From: Trueperaceae bacterium
Lineage (GTDB): Bacteria; Deinococcota; Deinococci; Deinococcales; Trueperaceae
Reading direction: 5' to 3'
DNA: 33,927 nt
NCBI GenBank assembly: GCA_035703635.1
Contig: DASSXV010000042.1
Span: 1 to 33,927, forward strand
Part shown: in pieces, positions 10,301 through 18,056 of the stretch
Position numbering within the stretch: position 1 is the stretch's first letter
Layout: the number at the start of each line of letters is the position of its first letter
The notes under the pieces: generated by a model
Seen by the model: the letters and a program-made list of their open reading frames with translations, nothing else
The model's database searches: none
What the model was told of the DNA's origin: nothing
Position numbers and translations under genes: made by a program

Positions 10301-12847
10301 GGCGGCTACCTCGGCCTGGAGCATTCGCCTACTTACCGTCTCGCGGGAGACGCCCCCGTCACCCTCATCGGCAGCACTCTCGACCCGCGCTCGGACGCTA
10401 ACCGCGCCGACTTCGTCAAGGTTTTCCGCATCGAGACGTCACTTGACGGGCACACCTTCACCGTTGCCTACCAAGGTGTTCTGAAGGCCGCAGGCGCTGA
10501 ACAGGCTTTCGTGTTCGACCAACCTGTCAAAGCGCGCTACGCACGGCTGGTGTCCGTCAGTACCCAAGGCGCCACGAACAACGCCTACCTAGGTGAGTGG
10601 AAGCTCATCGCGGCAGAAGGCGACCTGTTCGGCGAGCTCGACCTCGCCGACGCCCGGAACGGCGGCCACGTCGCGTGGAGCGAACCGTACCTGGCCAGCT
10701 CCGGCCGTGGCATGCTCACCCCTGACGACGGGCAAGGCACCAAGCTGGACCTGCGTGAGATCGGAGCCTTCACGTTCGTCGTCGGCTTCCACGACAACCG
10801 TGCCGCCCAGTTCACGCGCATCGAGTGGCAAGAGGAGGCAGCGGCGCAGAGCGAACCCCAAACCATGTTCGCTAGCGTCACGGTCGAGGTGAGCCAAACA
10901 GGCGGTGCCGGCCCGTGGGCGCCGCTCGCCGACTGGCAACTTCAACGGGGTGCCACCGGTCTGGCGACCTTGCAGTTCGACGCTCCGGTGTGGGCGCGCT
11001 ACTTGCGCTTCACGAGCGCTCCCGTGGAGGGTGCGGACGGCAAACTTGGACGCTACTATTACGCCCCGGACGTCGTGCGAGTGATCGAGCGCGCCACGAA
11101 CGACGAGTACCGCTCAGCGCTCGCCGAGTGGGGTGCCAGCTCGCGGGCAGCTGTCTACGAGTACCTCAACCCGCCGACCCTGGCGCAGAACGTCGCAGAC
11201 GCCGGCAACGACAGCCGCGCGAACGCTTCGCCGGCACCGGTCGGCGCGCAACTGACGGGCACTGTGCAGGTAGCCAGCGACGAGGATTGGTACCAGTTGA
11301 CCATCCCAGGTGGGCAGAACTACCTTGAGCTCACCCTCGGTGGCGATCCGGCCATCGCTTACCGCTACGAACTCGTTAGCGCCGACGGCCTGCCGCTAGG
11401 CTTCGATGAGCGCCACGACGGGGACGACGTCGTTCTCTCCCTCTACGCGGAGCCAGGCGACTACTACCTCCACCTGTGGGAGCCCAAGCGCACCGTGGTC
11501 TTCAGTTGGGACACGAGCGGCTCCGTGAGCCAGTACCAGGCCATCACTTACAACTCGTTGGCGAGTTTCGCCACCGGTCTTGACGGGGAGCGCGAGGCCG
11601 CTCAGCTACTTGCCTTCGACGACCCGACTCCTAAGTGGTTGTTGCCCTTGTGGTCGACCGACCCGCAACGTGTGCAACGCGCCATCGTGGAGTTCGACCG
11701 CCACGCGGACTCTAGCTCGTCTGAAACGGCGCTCCTGACCGCCACCATGGCGTTGGCCGCTCGCGATGGCACCCGTGCCATCTTGCTCATGACCGACGCA
11801 GAGTCGACCAGTAGCCAGTTCACGCCCGCCCTGTGGCGCGCGTTCGAGGAGGTGCGGCCGCGCGTCTTCACCTTCGAGATCGCCTCCGGCGGCAACGATT
11901 ACGCCCAAGACCTAATGCAGGACTGGGCTGGCGTCAACGCCGGGGCGTACGCCCTCGCGGCCGGGGTAGGCGACTTCGACGCTGGCTTCTCGCGCGCGTC
12001 GTGCCTCCTGCGGCGCCCGAAGCAGTACACGCTCGCGCTTGACGTCCGTAGCCAGCCCCTCCCAGGGCCGGGCAGCCTCGCGGTGCGCGCGGCGCCCGGC
12101 GCTGCGCAGGCAGCTGTCGAGGTCATCTTCGACGCGAGCGGCTCGATGGGTCGCGAGTTGCCGAGTGGCGAGCAGCGGTTAACGGCCGCCAAGCGCGCGC
12201 TGACCGCGCTCGTCAGCGAGGTACTGCCAGAAGGCACCCCGTTCGCGCTGCGCGCGTTCGGGCACATCACCCCAACATCGTGCGAGTCGCGCCTCGACGT
12301 GCCGTTGGCGCCACTCGATCGCGCCAAGGCGCAGGCGGCCGTCGACGCGATTCAACCTAAGCTCTTGTCCCAGACGCCTCTCGCGGACTCGTTGCTTGCC
12401 GTTGGCAGCGACCTGTCCAAGGCCGGCGGCGCGCGCACGGTCATCCTGATAACTGACGGGGCGGAGTCGTGCGGCGGCGATCCGGCGGCGGCCGTGCGGG
12501 AGGCACGCAAGCAGGGGAGCCTGGACCTTGCCATCGTGTCGCTCGGGCTCGAGCCGCAAGCGTTGGCCGTGTTCGAGAAGCTCGCCGCCGACGTGGGCGC
12601 CAGCTACGTCGACGTTGGTTCGTACGAGGCGCTCGCCGAGGCGGTCGCGGAGGCGCTCAACCCGGCATACGAGGTGTATGACGCGACCAGTGGCGAGCTC
12701 GTGGCCCGCGGGCGCGTTGGCGGGGAAGCCATCGATCTGGAGATGGGGGTCTACAACGTGCGCGTCCTCGTGGCGCCGGTTGAGGAGTTCAGGGAAGTAC
12801 GCGTTCCGGGCGAGAAAGCCGTGACGCTGACGCTAAGCGGTCATTGA
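7400..12847 (+). CDS. Giant secreted multidomain protein: PPC-like EPND repeats, Ig-like domain, two discoidin-like domains, two VWA domains
   Basis: GAGGAG SD; signal peptide (GSALA|QQ); EPND motifs at 7544, 8315, 8639, 9110, 9458 and GND at 11204; FVFDQPVKARYARL and FDAPVWARYLRF; MIDAS motifs DTSGS (11510) and DASGS (12131) with LMTDA and LITDG. Confidence 0.85.
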   Translation: MSVSRPARIERSPWGRTSRKRMAMLGVLFSLCAAITGSALAQQCTYESEPNDTPATATRLTGAGPNMIAPASYNEVGALCLTGTVGSSDQDAFRWDVTAEDARHRWTLAVEGPRNSVTTVELFRVTFADNGVDVTQVEKYPSVTTQNGSAAKSREFLIQPGSYYLGVATSGSAGEFVANLAPVTTLRYGADDARYDEGGPRKYVGAFGWFGPVVEELAVSVSIDEEAARRVWGLELWAAYGSTPKLELEGPAGVVSQGAVDASGRVRFTGLGLPVGDYTVKVVGDSGMVRLRLESQGVRGDGIAVEPNDDWARATVFPLGSEMRATLQNRDYYRTEVTAADAGYYDLTFESAADLTYSLNDDAGGALMYSRPGVTHASLYLRAGSYQLLVEGTNGVSYNMALRPGTALAGGDVEPNDYPRSASPLPENGQVRGRFVGPEADVYSVQVVGAAQRYRIQLVGANISSLTELAVSGGRLAQARGSGRLRLDDLVLMPGLHYFEVRGSAGEYALRAISLGDAEVGAVVAAPASDAVLTPAAAGTPDDGAAAAVEALEAAVLEPGPPPPAGTLELEPNDDPSRAMRVVPGHVYVGRLTGDSDDYYRFFLADDQYVIIEVVAPSGSPPIDVNLAGSGWAEFPPDAGEATTRIERLFLAGDHTFYLNAPKLETDGYYQLRMTLAGSLMPPVDAEPNDSRATAATLPAELRWQGNVGEYSDDDYYRLPVFEQATAIEVTLSGASSRLRVELRTEAANIALAESGDAQSGTPWRGTLPAGEQVFLRLSGKSPYSAEVSFGATPDPAQLLPPRDSSSLALTLTSPTDALAAFWHEGQALTMTAHIENRSSEPQQLQLEAASSHASVRFDFEPQLTLAAGESRAVPVEVLVPSDMRDDLPLRVEVVAATASGANVAAVEATFACEAAPASAFAYWPLPPSLLGKFDVLGTGFGAAIHGESSYVRRDLALIDGRVGPASGGYLGLEHSPTYRLAGDAPVTLIGSTLDPRSDANRADFVKVFRIETSLDGHTFTVAYQGVLKAAGAEQAFVFDQPVKARYARLVSVSTQGATNNAYLGEWKLIAAEGDLFGELDLADARNGGHVAWSEPYLASSGRGMLTPDDGQGTKLDLREIGAFTFVVGFHDNRAAQFTRIEWQEEAAAQSEPQTMFASVTVEVSQTGGAGPWAPLADWQLQRGATGLATLQFDAPVWARYLRFTSAPVEGADGKLGRYYYAPDVVRVIERATNDEYRSALAEWGASSRAAVYEYLNPPTLAQNVADAGNDSRANASPAPVGAQLTGTVQVASDEDWYQLTIPGGQNYLELTLGGDPAIAYRYELVSADGLPLGFDERHDGDDVVLSLYAEPGDYYLHLWEPKRTVVFSWDTSGSVSQYQAITYNSLASFATGLDGEREAAQLLAFDDPTPKWLLPLWSTDPQRVQRAIVEFDRHADSSSSETALLTATMALAARDGTRAILLMTDAESTSSQFTPALWRAFEEVRPRVFTFEIASGGNDYAQDLMQDWAGVNAGAYALAAGVGDFDAGFSRASCLLRRPKQYTLALDVRSQPLPGPGSLAVRAAPGAAQAAVEVIFDASGSMGRELPSGEQRLTAAKRALTALVSEVLPEGTPFALRAFGHITPTSCESRLDVPLAPLDRAKAQAAVDAIQPKLLSQTPLADSLLAVGSDLSKAGGARTVILITDGAESCGGDPAAAVREARKQGSLDLAIVSLGLEPQALAVFEKLAADVGASYVDVGSYEALAEAVAEALNPAYEVYDATSGELVARGRVGGEAIDLEMGVYNVRVLVAPVEEFREVRVPGEKAVTLTLSGH

Positions 12848-12876
12848 CGGGGCGTTGACGCCGCTCCGTCTATTCT
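12844..12876 (+). promoter_or_regulatory. Direct-repeat promoter copy 2: TTGACG-N5-TTGACG-N10-TATTCT
   Basis: TTGACG at 12844 and 12855 (11-bp period), TATTCT at 12871-12876; same geometry as copy 1. Confidence 0.65.
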
Positions 12877-12924
12877 GCCGCCAACCTGAACCGTTCCAAC
12901 GCGGAACCTAGAGAGGACTGGAGT

Positions 12925-13950
12925 ATGCCCAAGATCTACCTCGGCGAGGCCATTCGGCTCGTCATGCAGACCCTGCCGATCGTGTGGGTGAGGCTCGGCA
13001 GCTACCTCGTGCTCGGCCTGGGGCTCGGCGTCTACGCCGGAGTCTGCTTCGGGCTCGGGTGGTTGTTCGCCAAGCTGTGGGCGCCCCTCGGGTTCATCAT
13101 CTTCCTTGCCGCGTTCGGCGGGGCGTTCTGGATCGTCAACCTGGCGGGCCGCTACTGGTTCCACTTGCTGAGGGCCGCGCATACGGCGGTGTTGACTGAG
13201 TTCATCACCACTGGCAAGGGGCCAGCTACGGGCCAACTCGAGTACGGCAAACAACAGGTCCTGAGCCGCTTTTCGGACACCTCCATCTTGTTCGGCGTCG
13301 GCCTGCTGGTGGACGGCATCGTGAAGTTCGTGGTGCGTACATTCACGCGCATCGCCTCGATCCTGCCGCTGCCAGGCGTCGACTCCCTCGGCAAGTTCCT
13401 CGAGCGCGTTGCCACCATGAGCACGACCTACGTGGATGAAGCCATCCTGTCGCGCGCTTACGCCCAGCGCGAGCAGAACGTGTGGGCAGTGGCCAAGGAC
13501 GGCGTCGTGCTTTACGCCCAGGCCTGGAAGCCCATCTTGGCCAACGCGGTGGTGCTGGCGCTCCTAAGCTACGCGGAGTTCGTCATCTTCTTGATCATCC
13601 TTGGGCTGCCTGCGCTCGCCATCGGCGCCGCGCTGCCGAGCCTCGGACCCGCGCTAGGCATCGGCGTGGTCATCGGCGCCTGGATGCTCAAGCTGGCGTT
13701 GGCCGACGCGATCTCGCTGGCTGCGACCCTCCTCGCCTTCCACCGCTCGACGGCTGGCATGACGCCGAACGCCGAGTGGGTCGCCAAGCTGGACGGCGCT
13801 AGCGACAAGTTCAGGGAGCTCGGCCGCAAAGCGGCAGCGTACGTTGCCCCGCAGGCGGCGCCCGCGGCGGCGGGCGCGACGGGGGCGGGCGCCATGGAAC
13901 CAGTCGCGTTGCCAGGCGCAGTTGGCGAGGAGCCGTTAGGGACGGCCTAA
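12925..13950 (+). CDS. Polytopic membrane protein of unknown function
   Basis: GAGGA/GGAG SD; about 5-6 hydrophobic segments; conserved-looking TYVDEAILS motif; low-complexity Ala/Gly/Pro tail. Confidence 0.82.
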   Translation: MPKIYLGEAIRLVMQTLPIVWVRLGSYLVLGLGLGVYAGVCFGLGWLFAKLWAPLGFIIFLAAFGGAFWIVNLAGRYWFHLLRAAHTAVLTEFITTGKGPATGQLEYGKQQVLSRFSDTSILFGVGLLVDGIVKFVVRTFTRIASILPLPGVDSLGKFLERVATMSTTYVDEAILSRAYAQREQNVWAVAKDGVVLYAQAWKPILANAVVLALLSYAEFVIFLIILGLPALAIGAALPSLGPALGIGVVIGAWMLKLALADAISLAATLLAFHRSTAGMTPNAEWVAKLDGASDKFRELGRKAAAYVAPQAAPAAAGATGAGAMEPVALPGAVGEEPLGTA

Positions 13951-14039
13951 CGCGCAGTTCGCTTGCGCGCCTCGACTGGCAGAGGGGTAGGCTGGGGCCG
14001 CGGCTCTTCGCCGCATATCTTCGAGCTGAGGAGAGCCGC

Positions 14040-15215
14040 ATGCCTACCATCGCAGAACAGGCCAAGGCGCTGCACGAACGCACCGTGGCGGTCCGCCGCG
14101 ACCTTCACCGTCACCCGGAGGTCGCTTTCGAGGAGCACCGCACGATGGCGGTCATCGTCGCGCGTCTCCGTGAGTTGGGGCTGGAGCCCCGCGAGGGCGT
14201 TGGCGGCACTGGAGTCGTGGCCGTGTTCGACACGGGGAGGCCCGGCCCCACGGTGTTGGCGCGCGCCGACATGGACGCGCTGCCAGTCGCCGAGGAGAAG
14301 TCGGTCGCATACCGCTCTACGGTGCGGGGGAAGATGCACGCCTGCGGTCACGACGGGCACGTTGCCGTGCTCCTCAGCGTCGCGGAGATCATTGTCGCGC
14401 GCGCGGCGCAACTCGCTGGCCGCGTCGCGTTCGTGTTCCAACCCGCTGAGGAGATCGTTAGGGGCGCGCAGGCCATGCTCGCCGACGGGGCCCTTGACGG
14501 CATTGCCGTCGACCAGGTGATCGGCCTGCACCTCTCTAGCAACGACCCGCTCGGCACCGTGGCGGTGCGTGAGGGGCCAGCGATGGCCGCCACCGACTCG
14601 TTCAAGCTGGTGGTCAAGGGCCGCGGGGGCCACGCCGCTTACCCGCACGCCTGCATAGACCCGATCGTTGCCAGCTCGCAGCTCGTCATGGGGCTCCAGA
14701 CGCTGGTGAGTAGGGAGACCGACCCCGTCGACCAGTCGGTCATTAGCATCACGAGCTTTCATGGCGGCACCGCTTACAACATCATCCCGGAAGAGGTTGA
14801 GCTGAAGGGCACGCTCCGCACCTTCGATGCCGACACGCGGGCAAGGTTGCGGACGCGCATCTTGGAGGTTGCGGAAGGCACGGCCAAGGTCATGCGCTGC
14901 ACGCTGCAGTCTGAGTGGTTCGAGGGCACTCCGGCGGTCGTCAACGATGCATATTCCGTCGCACGGTTCCGAGAAGTGGCGGCGCGCGTCGTCGGCGAGG
15001 ATGGCGTAACGCTACAGGCGCCGATCATGGGTGGCGACGACATGGCGTTGTGGTTGGCTCAGGCGCGCGGCTGCTACTTCTTCGTCGGTACCAACTCGGG
15101 CCCAGACACCGCGTGGGCGCACCACCACTCACGCTTTGACATCGATGAACGCGGCCTCGAGATCGCAGTCAACCTGTTGGCCTCCGGCGTGTCCGACCTG
15201 ATGAGCGGCGACTGA
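14040..15215 (+). CDS. M20D-family amidohydrolase (metallopeptidase)
   Basis: RRDLHRHPEVAFEE, RADMDALP, MHACGHDGH, FQPAEE, GRGGHAA, HHHSRFDIDE; GAGGAG SD. Confidence 0.93.
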   Translation: MPTIAEQAKALHERTVAVRRDLHRHPEVAFEEHRTMAVIVARLRELGLEPREGVGGTGVVAVFDTGRPGPTVLARADMDALPVAEEKSVAYRSTVRGKMHACGHDGHVAVLLSVAEIIVARAAQLAGRVAFVFQPAEEIVRGAQAMLADGALDGIAVDQVIGLHLSSNDPLGTVAVREGPAMAATDSFKLVVKGRGGHAAYPHACIDPIVASSQLVMGLQTLVSRETDPVDQSVISITSFHGGTAYNIIPEEVELKGTLRTFDADTRARLRTRILEVAEGTAKVMRCTLQSEWFEGTPAVVNDAYSVARFREVAARVVGEDGVTLQAPIMGGDDMALWLAQARGCYFFVGTNSGPDTAWAHHHSRFDIDERGLEIAVNLLASGVSDLMSGD

Positions 15216-15235
15216 CGACCGGCCGCAGAAGGACG

Positions 15236-15270
15236 AAAAGGGGGCGCCTCGGCAGACGAGGCGCCCCCTT
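15236..15270 (-). terminator. Intrinsic terminator between convergent genes (possibly bidirectional)
   Basis: 14-bp perfect stem AAGGGGGCGCCTCG / CGAGGCGCCCCCTT, 5-nt loop, T-run on the minus strand. Confidence 0.85.
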
Positions 15271-15284
15271 GCTTGTGCGGAGGG

Positions 15285-15920
15285 TTAGAACTTGGCGCGT
15301 AGAGCCGCCACGACCTGGCTGACGGCGGTGTTCGCTGCCTCTGCGAACAGCGGCCCGACGGTCGGGTCGTTGTACGCCACGGTGCCTGCGAGGGGCACGT
15401 TGTTGACGTTGATGTTGGGGCTGCTTGCTTCGCCGGAGCCCTTCATGGAAACGACGACCACGCCAGTGATGATGTCGGTGGCGCGCACGTCAACCTCGAT
15501 CTGGGCCTTGGTTTGGCCGAGCGTCACGCCGAAGAGGCTGCCGCCAGGGCGCGCCACTGTGGCGCGGGTGACGGTGCCAGTCACGACGTAGCCAGCGCCT
15601 GCCGCCTTGGCGAGGTCGACTGGGTCGAGCGACTCCAGGCCCTGCTTCTCCATGATGGTGAGGAGCTCGCTGCGCTCGACGACCACGTAGCAGCCTGACT
15701 CCTTGAGCAAGGTGATGAGGCGCGCGGTGGCGGCGTCTTCGACGCCAACGACACTAACGCCGCCTTGGCTCGAGGTGTTCTGGAAGTCGACGACGGCGAC
15801 GGTCGGGATGGGGTCCGACACGCAGGCCGTGGGTCCGGCCGCGACCTCGGTCGTTGGCGCACAGGCGCCGAGGGCCACTAGTGTCGTCAGGAGCAGGGCT
15901 AGTAGTGGTCTACGCTGCAT
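15285..15920 (-). CDS. CsgG/HfaB-family lipoprotein
   Basis: Lipobox LGA|C; VAVVDF.N, VVVERSEL..IMEKQ, GAGYVVTGTVT, VDVRATDIITG.VV, typical of the CsgG/TolB-N-like fold; GAGGAG SD. Confidence 0.82.
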   Translation of the reverse strand: MQRRPLLALLLTTLVALGACAPTTEVAAGPTACVSDPIPTVAVVDFQNTSSQGGVSVVGVEDAATARLITLLKESGCYVVVERSELLTIMEKQGLESLDPVDLAKAAGAGYVVTGTVTRATVARPGGSLFGVTLGQTKAQIEVDVRATDIITGVVVVSMKGSGEASSPNINVNNVPLAGTVAYNDPTVGPLFAEAANTAVSQVVAALRAKF

Positions 15921-15982
15921 ACTTTGGTTCTCCTCTTCGCGACGGAGTTCGCCGCCAAAACCCTGGATTGAACAACTCAGAC

Positions 15983-16014
15983 AGGCTAGCAGAACGACGT
16001 CAAAGCGCCATCAA
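15983..16014 (-). promoter_or_regulatory. Direct-repeat promoter copy 3: TTGATG-N5-TTGACG-N9-TAGCCT
   Basis: Minus strand TTGATG (16014-16009) and TTGACG (16003-15998), 11-bp period, then TAGCCT (15988-15983), upstream of the CsgG-like gene. Confidence 0.55.
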
Positions 16015-16058
16015 TTCCAGAAGCGCCGCGGAACCACTTGCGTGCACGCTACCCAGCT

Positions 16059-17372
16059 TCAGGGCGTCAGGCGCTGGGCGTCTCGTGGGAAAGCGCGGGC
16101 GAAGCGGATGTTGTGTATGCCCAATAGCAACGCCGTCAGCCGCTCCGCGCCGATCGCGAAGCCGCCATGCGGAGGCATGCCGTGCTTGAAGACCTCGATG
16201 TAGTCAGCGAACGCCGCCTCGTCCATGTTGCGCTTGCGCAACTCCTGCACGAGCACCTCAGGCCGGTGAACGCGCTGTCCTCCAGAGGTGATCTCGACCC
16301 CGCGGAAGATGAGGTCGAGGCCTCGCGTCAGGCCGTTGTCGAGCGGGTACGTATAGAACGGGCGCGCCGCCTGCGGGTAGTTCGTGACGAACACGAAGTC
16401 GGAGCCGTGCTCCTCCTTGGCCCAGCGGCCGATCAAGCGCTCGGCTTCCGGGTCGAGGTCCTTACCGCCCGAGGTGTGGCCGTAGCGTTCACTGACGAGT
16501 TCACGCGCGGCCAGCAGCGGTATGCGCGGGAACTTCACCGTGCGGTCCGGCATCTCTGCGCCCAACGTCGCCAATTCTGGGGCGCAGCGCTCCTCCACGC
16601 CCGCCAGCATGGACTTGAGGAGAGCCTCCTCCAAGTCCATCACTTCATCCTCGTTGGAGATGAAGCCGAACTCGACGTCGAGGGACAGGTACTCGGAGAG
16701 GTGACGGTGGGTGTGGCTCTTCTCGGCGCGGTAGACGGGCGCCGTCTCGTACACGCGCTCGAACACGCCGACCATGATCTGCTTGTAGAGCTGCGGTGAT
16801 TGTGCGAGGTAGGCGCGGCGGCCGTAGTAGTCGACCTCGAAGAGGTTAGCGCCCCCCTCGGCCCCTGCCGAAACGAGCTTGGGCGTGAAGATCTCGGTGA
16901 AGTCATGCGCGTCGAGGTACGCACGGAAGCCTCGCACTAGCTCGGCCTCGACCTTGAGTACGGCGCGGGTCTTGGGGCTGCGTACCGTCACGTGGCGGTA
17001 GGCAAGCAGCGTCTCAGGGTTGGCGGTCCATTCTTCCTTGGCCAACTCGACTGGTGGCGCCTGCGTCGCCTCGCTGATGACCTCGAGGGCGGAGCCCTGC
17101 ACCTCGAAGCCGCCTGGCGCCTTCTTGTGCGCCACTACCTTGCCGGCAACGCGGACGCTGCTCTCATGTAGCGGCAGGGCCGTGTCTTCGAAGACGACTT
17201 GCGCCACGCCGCTGCGGTCGCGGAGGAGCAAGAAACCGATGCCGCCGAGGTCGCGGCGGTTGAGAACCCAGCCCTGCAGCGTTACCTCTGCGCCGACGTG
17301 GTTGCCTAGGTCGCTTACCAGTACGCGCGCGGCTGGCTCTGACTCGTGCCCGCCCCCTGTGTTGCTCGCCAT
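16059..17372 (-). CDS. aspS: Archaeal-type non-discriminating aspartate--tRNA(Asp/Asn) ligase
   Basis: 437 aa with no GAD insert; RDLGG, KAPGG (Pro typical of ND enzymes), GAEGGANLF, YLAQSPQLYKQ, EITSGGQR, GMPPHGGFAIGAERL; GGAGG SD. Confidence 0.93.
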   Translation of the reverse strand: MASNTGGGHESEPAARVLVSDLGNHVGAEVTLQGWVLNRRDLGGIGFLLLRDRSGVAQVVFEDTALPLHESSVRVAGKVVAHKKAPGGFEVQGSALEVISEATQAPPVELAKEEWTANPETLLAYRHVTVRSPKTRAVLKVEAELVRGFRAYLDAHDFTEIFTPKLVSAGAEGGANLFEVDYYGRRAYLAQSPQLYKQIMVGVFERVYETAPVYRAEKSHTHRHLSEYLSLDVEFGFISNEDEVMDLEEALLKSMLAGVEERCAPELATLGAEMPDRTVKFPRIPLLAARELVSERYGHTSGGKDLDPEAERLIGRWAKEEHGSDFVFVTNYPQAARPFYTYPLDNGLTRGLDLIFRGVEITSGGQRVHRPEVLVQELRKRNMDEAAFADYIEVFKHGMPPHGGFAIGAERLTALLLGIHNIRFARAFPRDAQRLTP

Positions 17373-17404
17373 GGCCGTGCCTCCAGTTACCCGTTCAACA
17401 ATCG

Positions 17405-17440
17405 CGAAAGCCCCCGAGGAAGTGTGGTCCTCGGGGGCTT
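17405..17440 (-). terminator. Attenuator (3:4) hairpin in the aspS leader
   Basis: 13-bp perfect stem AAGCCCCCGAGGA / TCCTCGGGGGCTT, 7-nt loop, short U-tract, between the leader ORF and aspS. Confidence 0.75.
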
Positions 17441-17461
17441 CGATGACTATGAAGTACAGCG

Positions 17462-17518
17462 CTACGCCCCGAGCAGCCTCGAAGTGAGATTATCGTCTCG
17501 GCGGGAGTGCGTAGCCAT
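17462..17518 (-). CDS. Putative aspS leader peptide MATHSRRDDNLTSRLLGA (18 aa)
   Basis: ATG 7 nt after a -10 box; GAC GAT AAT at codons 8-10; its 3' end is complementary to the terminator 5' arm. Confidence 0.72.
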   Translation of the reverse strand: MATHSRRDDNLTSRLLGA

Positions 17519-17525
17519 GGGCGGA

Positions 17526-17554
17526 AGTGTAACAACTGCCGTACTGAGCGTCAA
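17526..17554 (-). promoter_or_regulatory. Sigma70-type promoter of the aspS leader
   Basis: TTGACG-17 bp-TACACT with an extended -10 TGn. Confidence 0.8.
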
Positions 17555-17594
17555 CTTCGACTAGCCGTTCGGGTGCGCGGCGGCTCATTCAGCG

Positions 17595-18017
17595 TCAGCG
17601 CTCCTCGATCAGCCCCTCCGTGGCGGCCAGGATGCGCGCGAGGTGCTCCCTGTCTTTCGGGCGGTTGAGCCGCTTCTTGAACGTGACCACCGCGGCGAGG
17701 GTTACGCATGGAACGCCAGCTACTAGTTCGGCGTGCTCGATGAGTTCATCGCCGTCGGCGCCTAACCAACCGTCGAAGAGCTCAACGTCGTCGTCGACCT
17801 CCACGACTTGGTCGATGTCGCCCTGCACGAGCCTGGCGGCGCCATGCTCCACTAGCTCGAGCGCGCGGTTCCACGCGGCGCGGCGGCAGACGATGTCCAG
17901 GTCGCCTGCCTCCTCCAGGATGCCGCGCAGCACGAGCGAGGCGGTCGAGTGTACGGCGTAGTCGCCTGCCGGGAGCTGAAGCTCTGCGAGTCTCTCCTGG
18001 ATCTGGGTAGCGTTCAC
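17595..18017 (-). CDS. Small nucleotidyltransferase-fold hypothetical protein
   Basis: YAVHSTASLVLRGI...GDLDI, later VELF, and C-terminal KKRLNRPKD. GTG start at 18017, 5 nt after TAAACT. The track's longer N-terminus overlaps the ankyrin gene. Confidence 0.65.
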   Translation of the reverse strand: MNATQIQERLAELQLPAGDYAVHSTASLVLRGILEEAGDLDIVCRRAAWNRALELVEHGAARLVQGDIDQVVEVDDDVELFDGWLGADGDELIEHAELVAGVPCVTLAAVVTFKKRLNRPKDREHLARILAATEGLIEER

Positions 18018-18056
18018 GAGTGAGTTTACGCCGCTCGCTAGCATTACGATGCGCGT

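Noticed and set aside
13961-13993. TCGACT-N10-TAGGCT upstream of the amidohydrolase as another regulon site
   Set aside because: Only one degenerate half-site; nothing matching 11 bp upstream.
17373-17560. T-box riboswitch upstream of aspS
   Set aside because: Leader is too short, and I see no stem I or T-box consensus (GGTGGNACCGCG); the leader-peptide model fits better.
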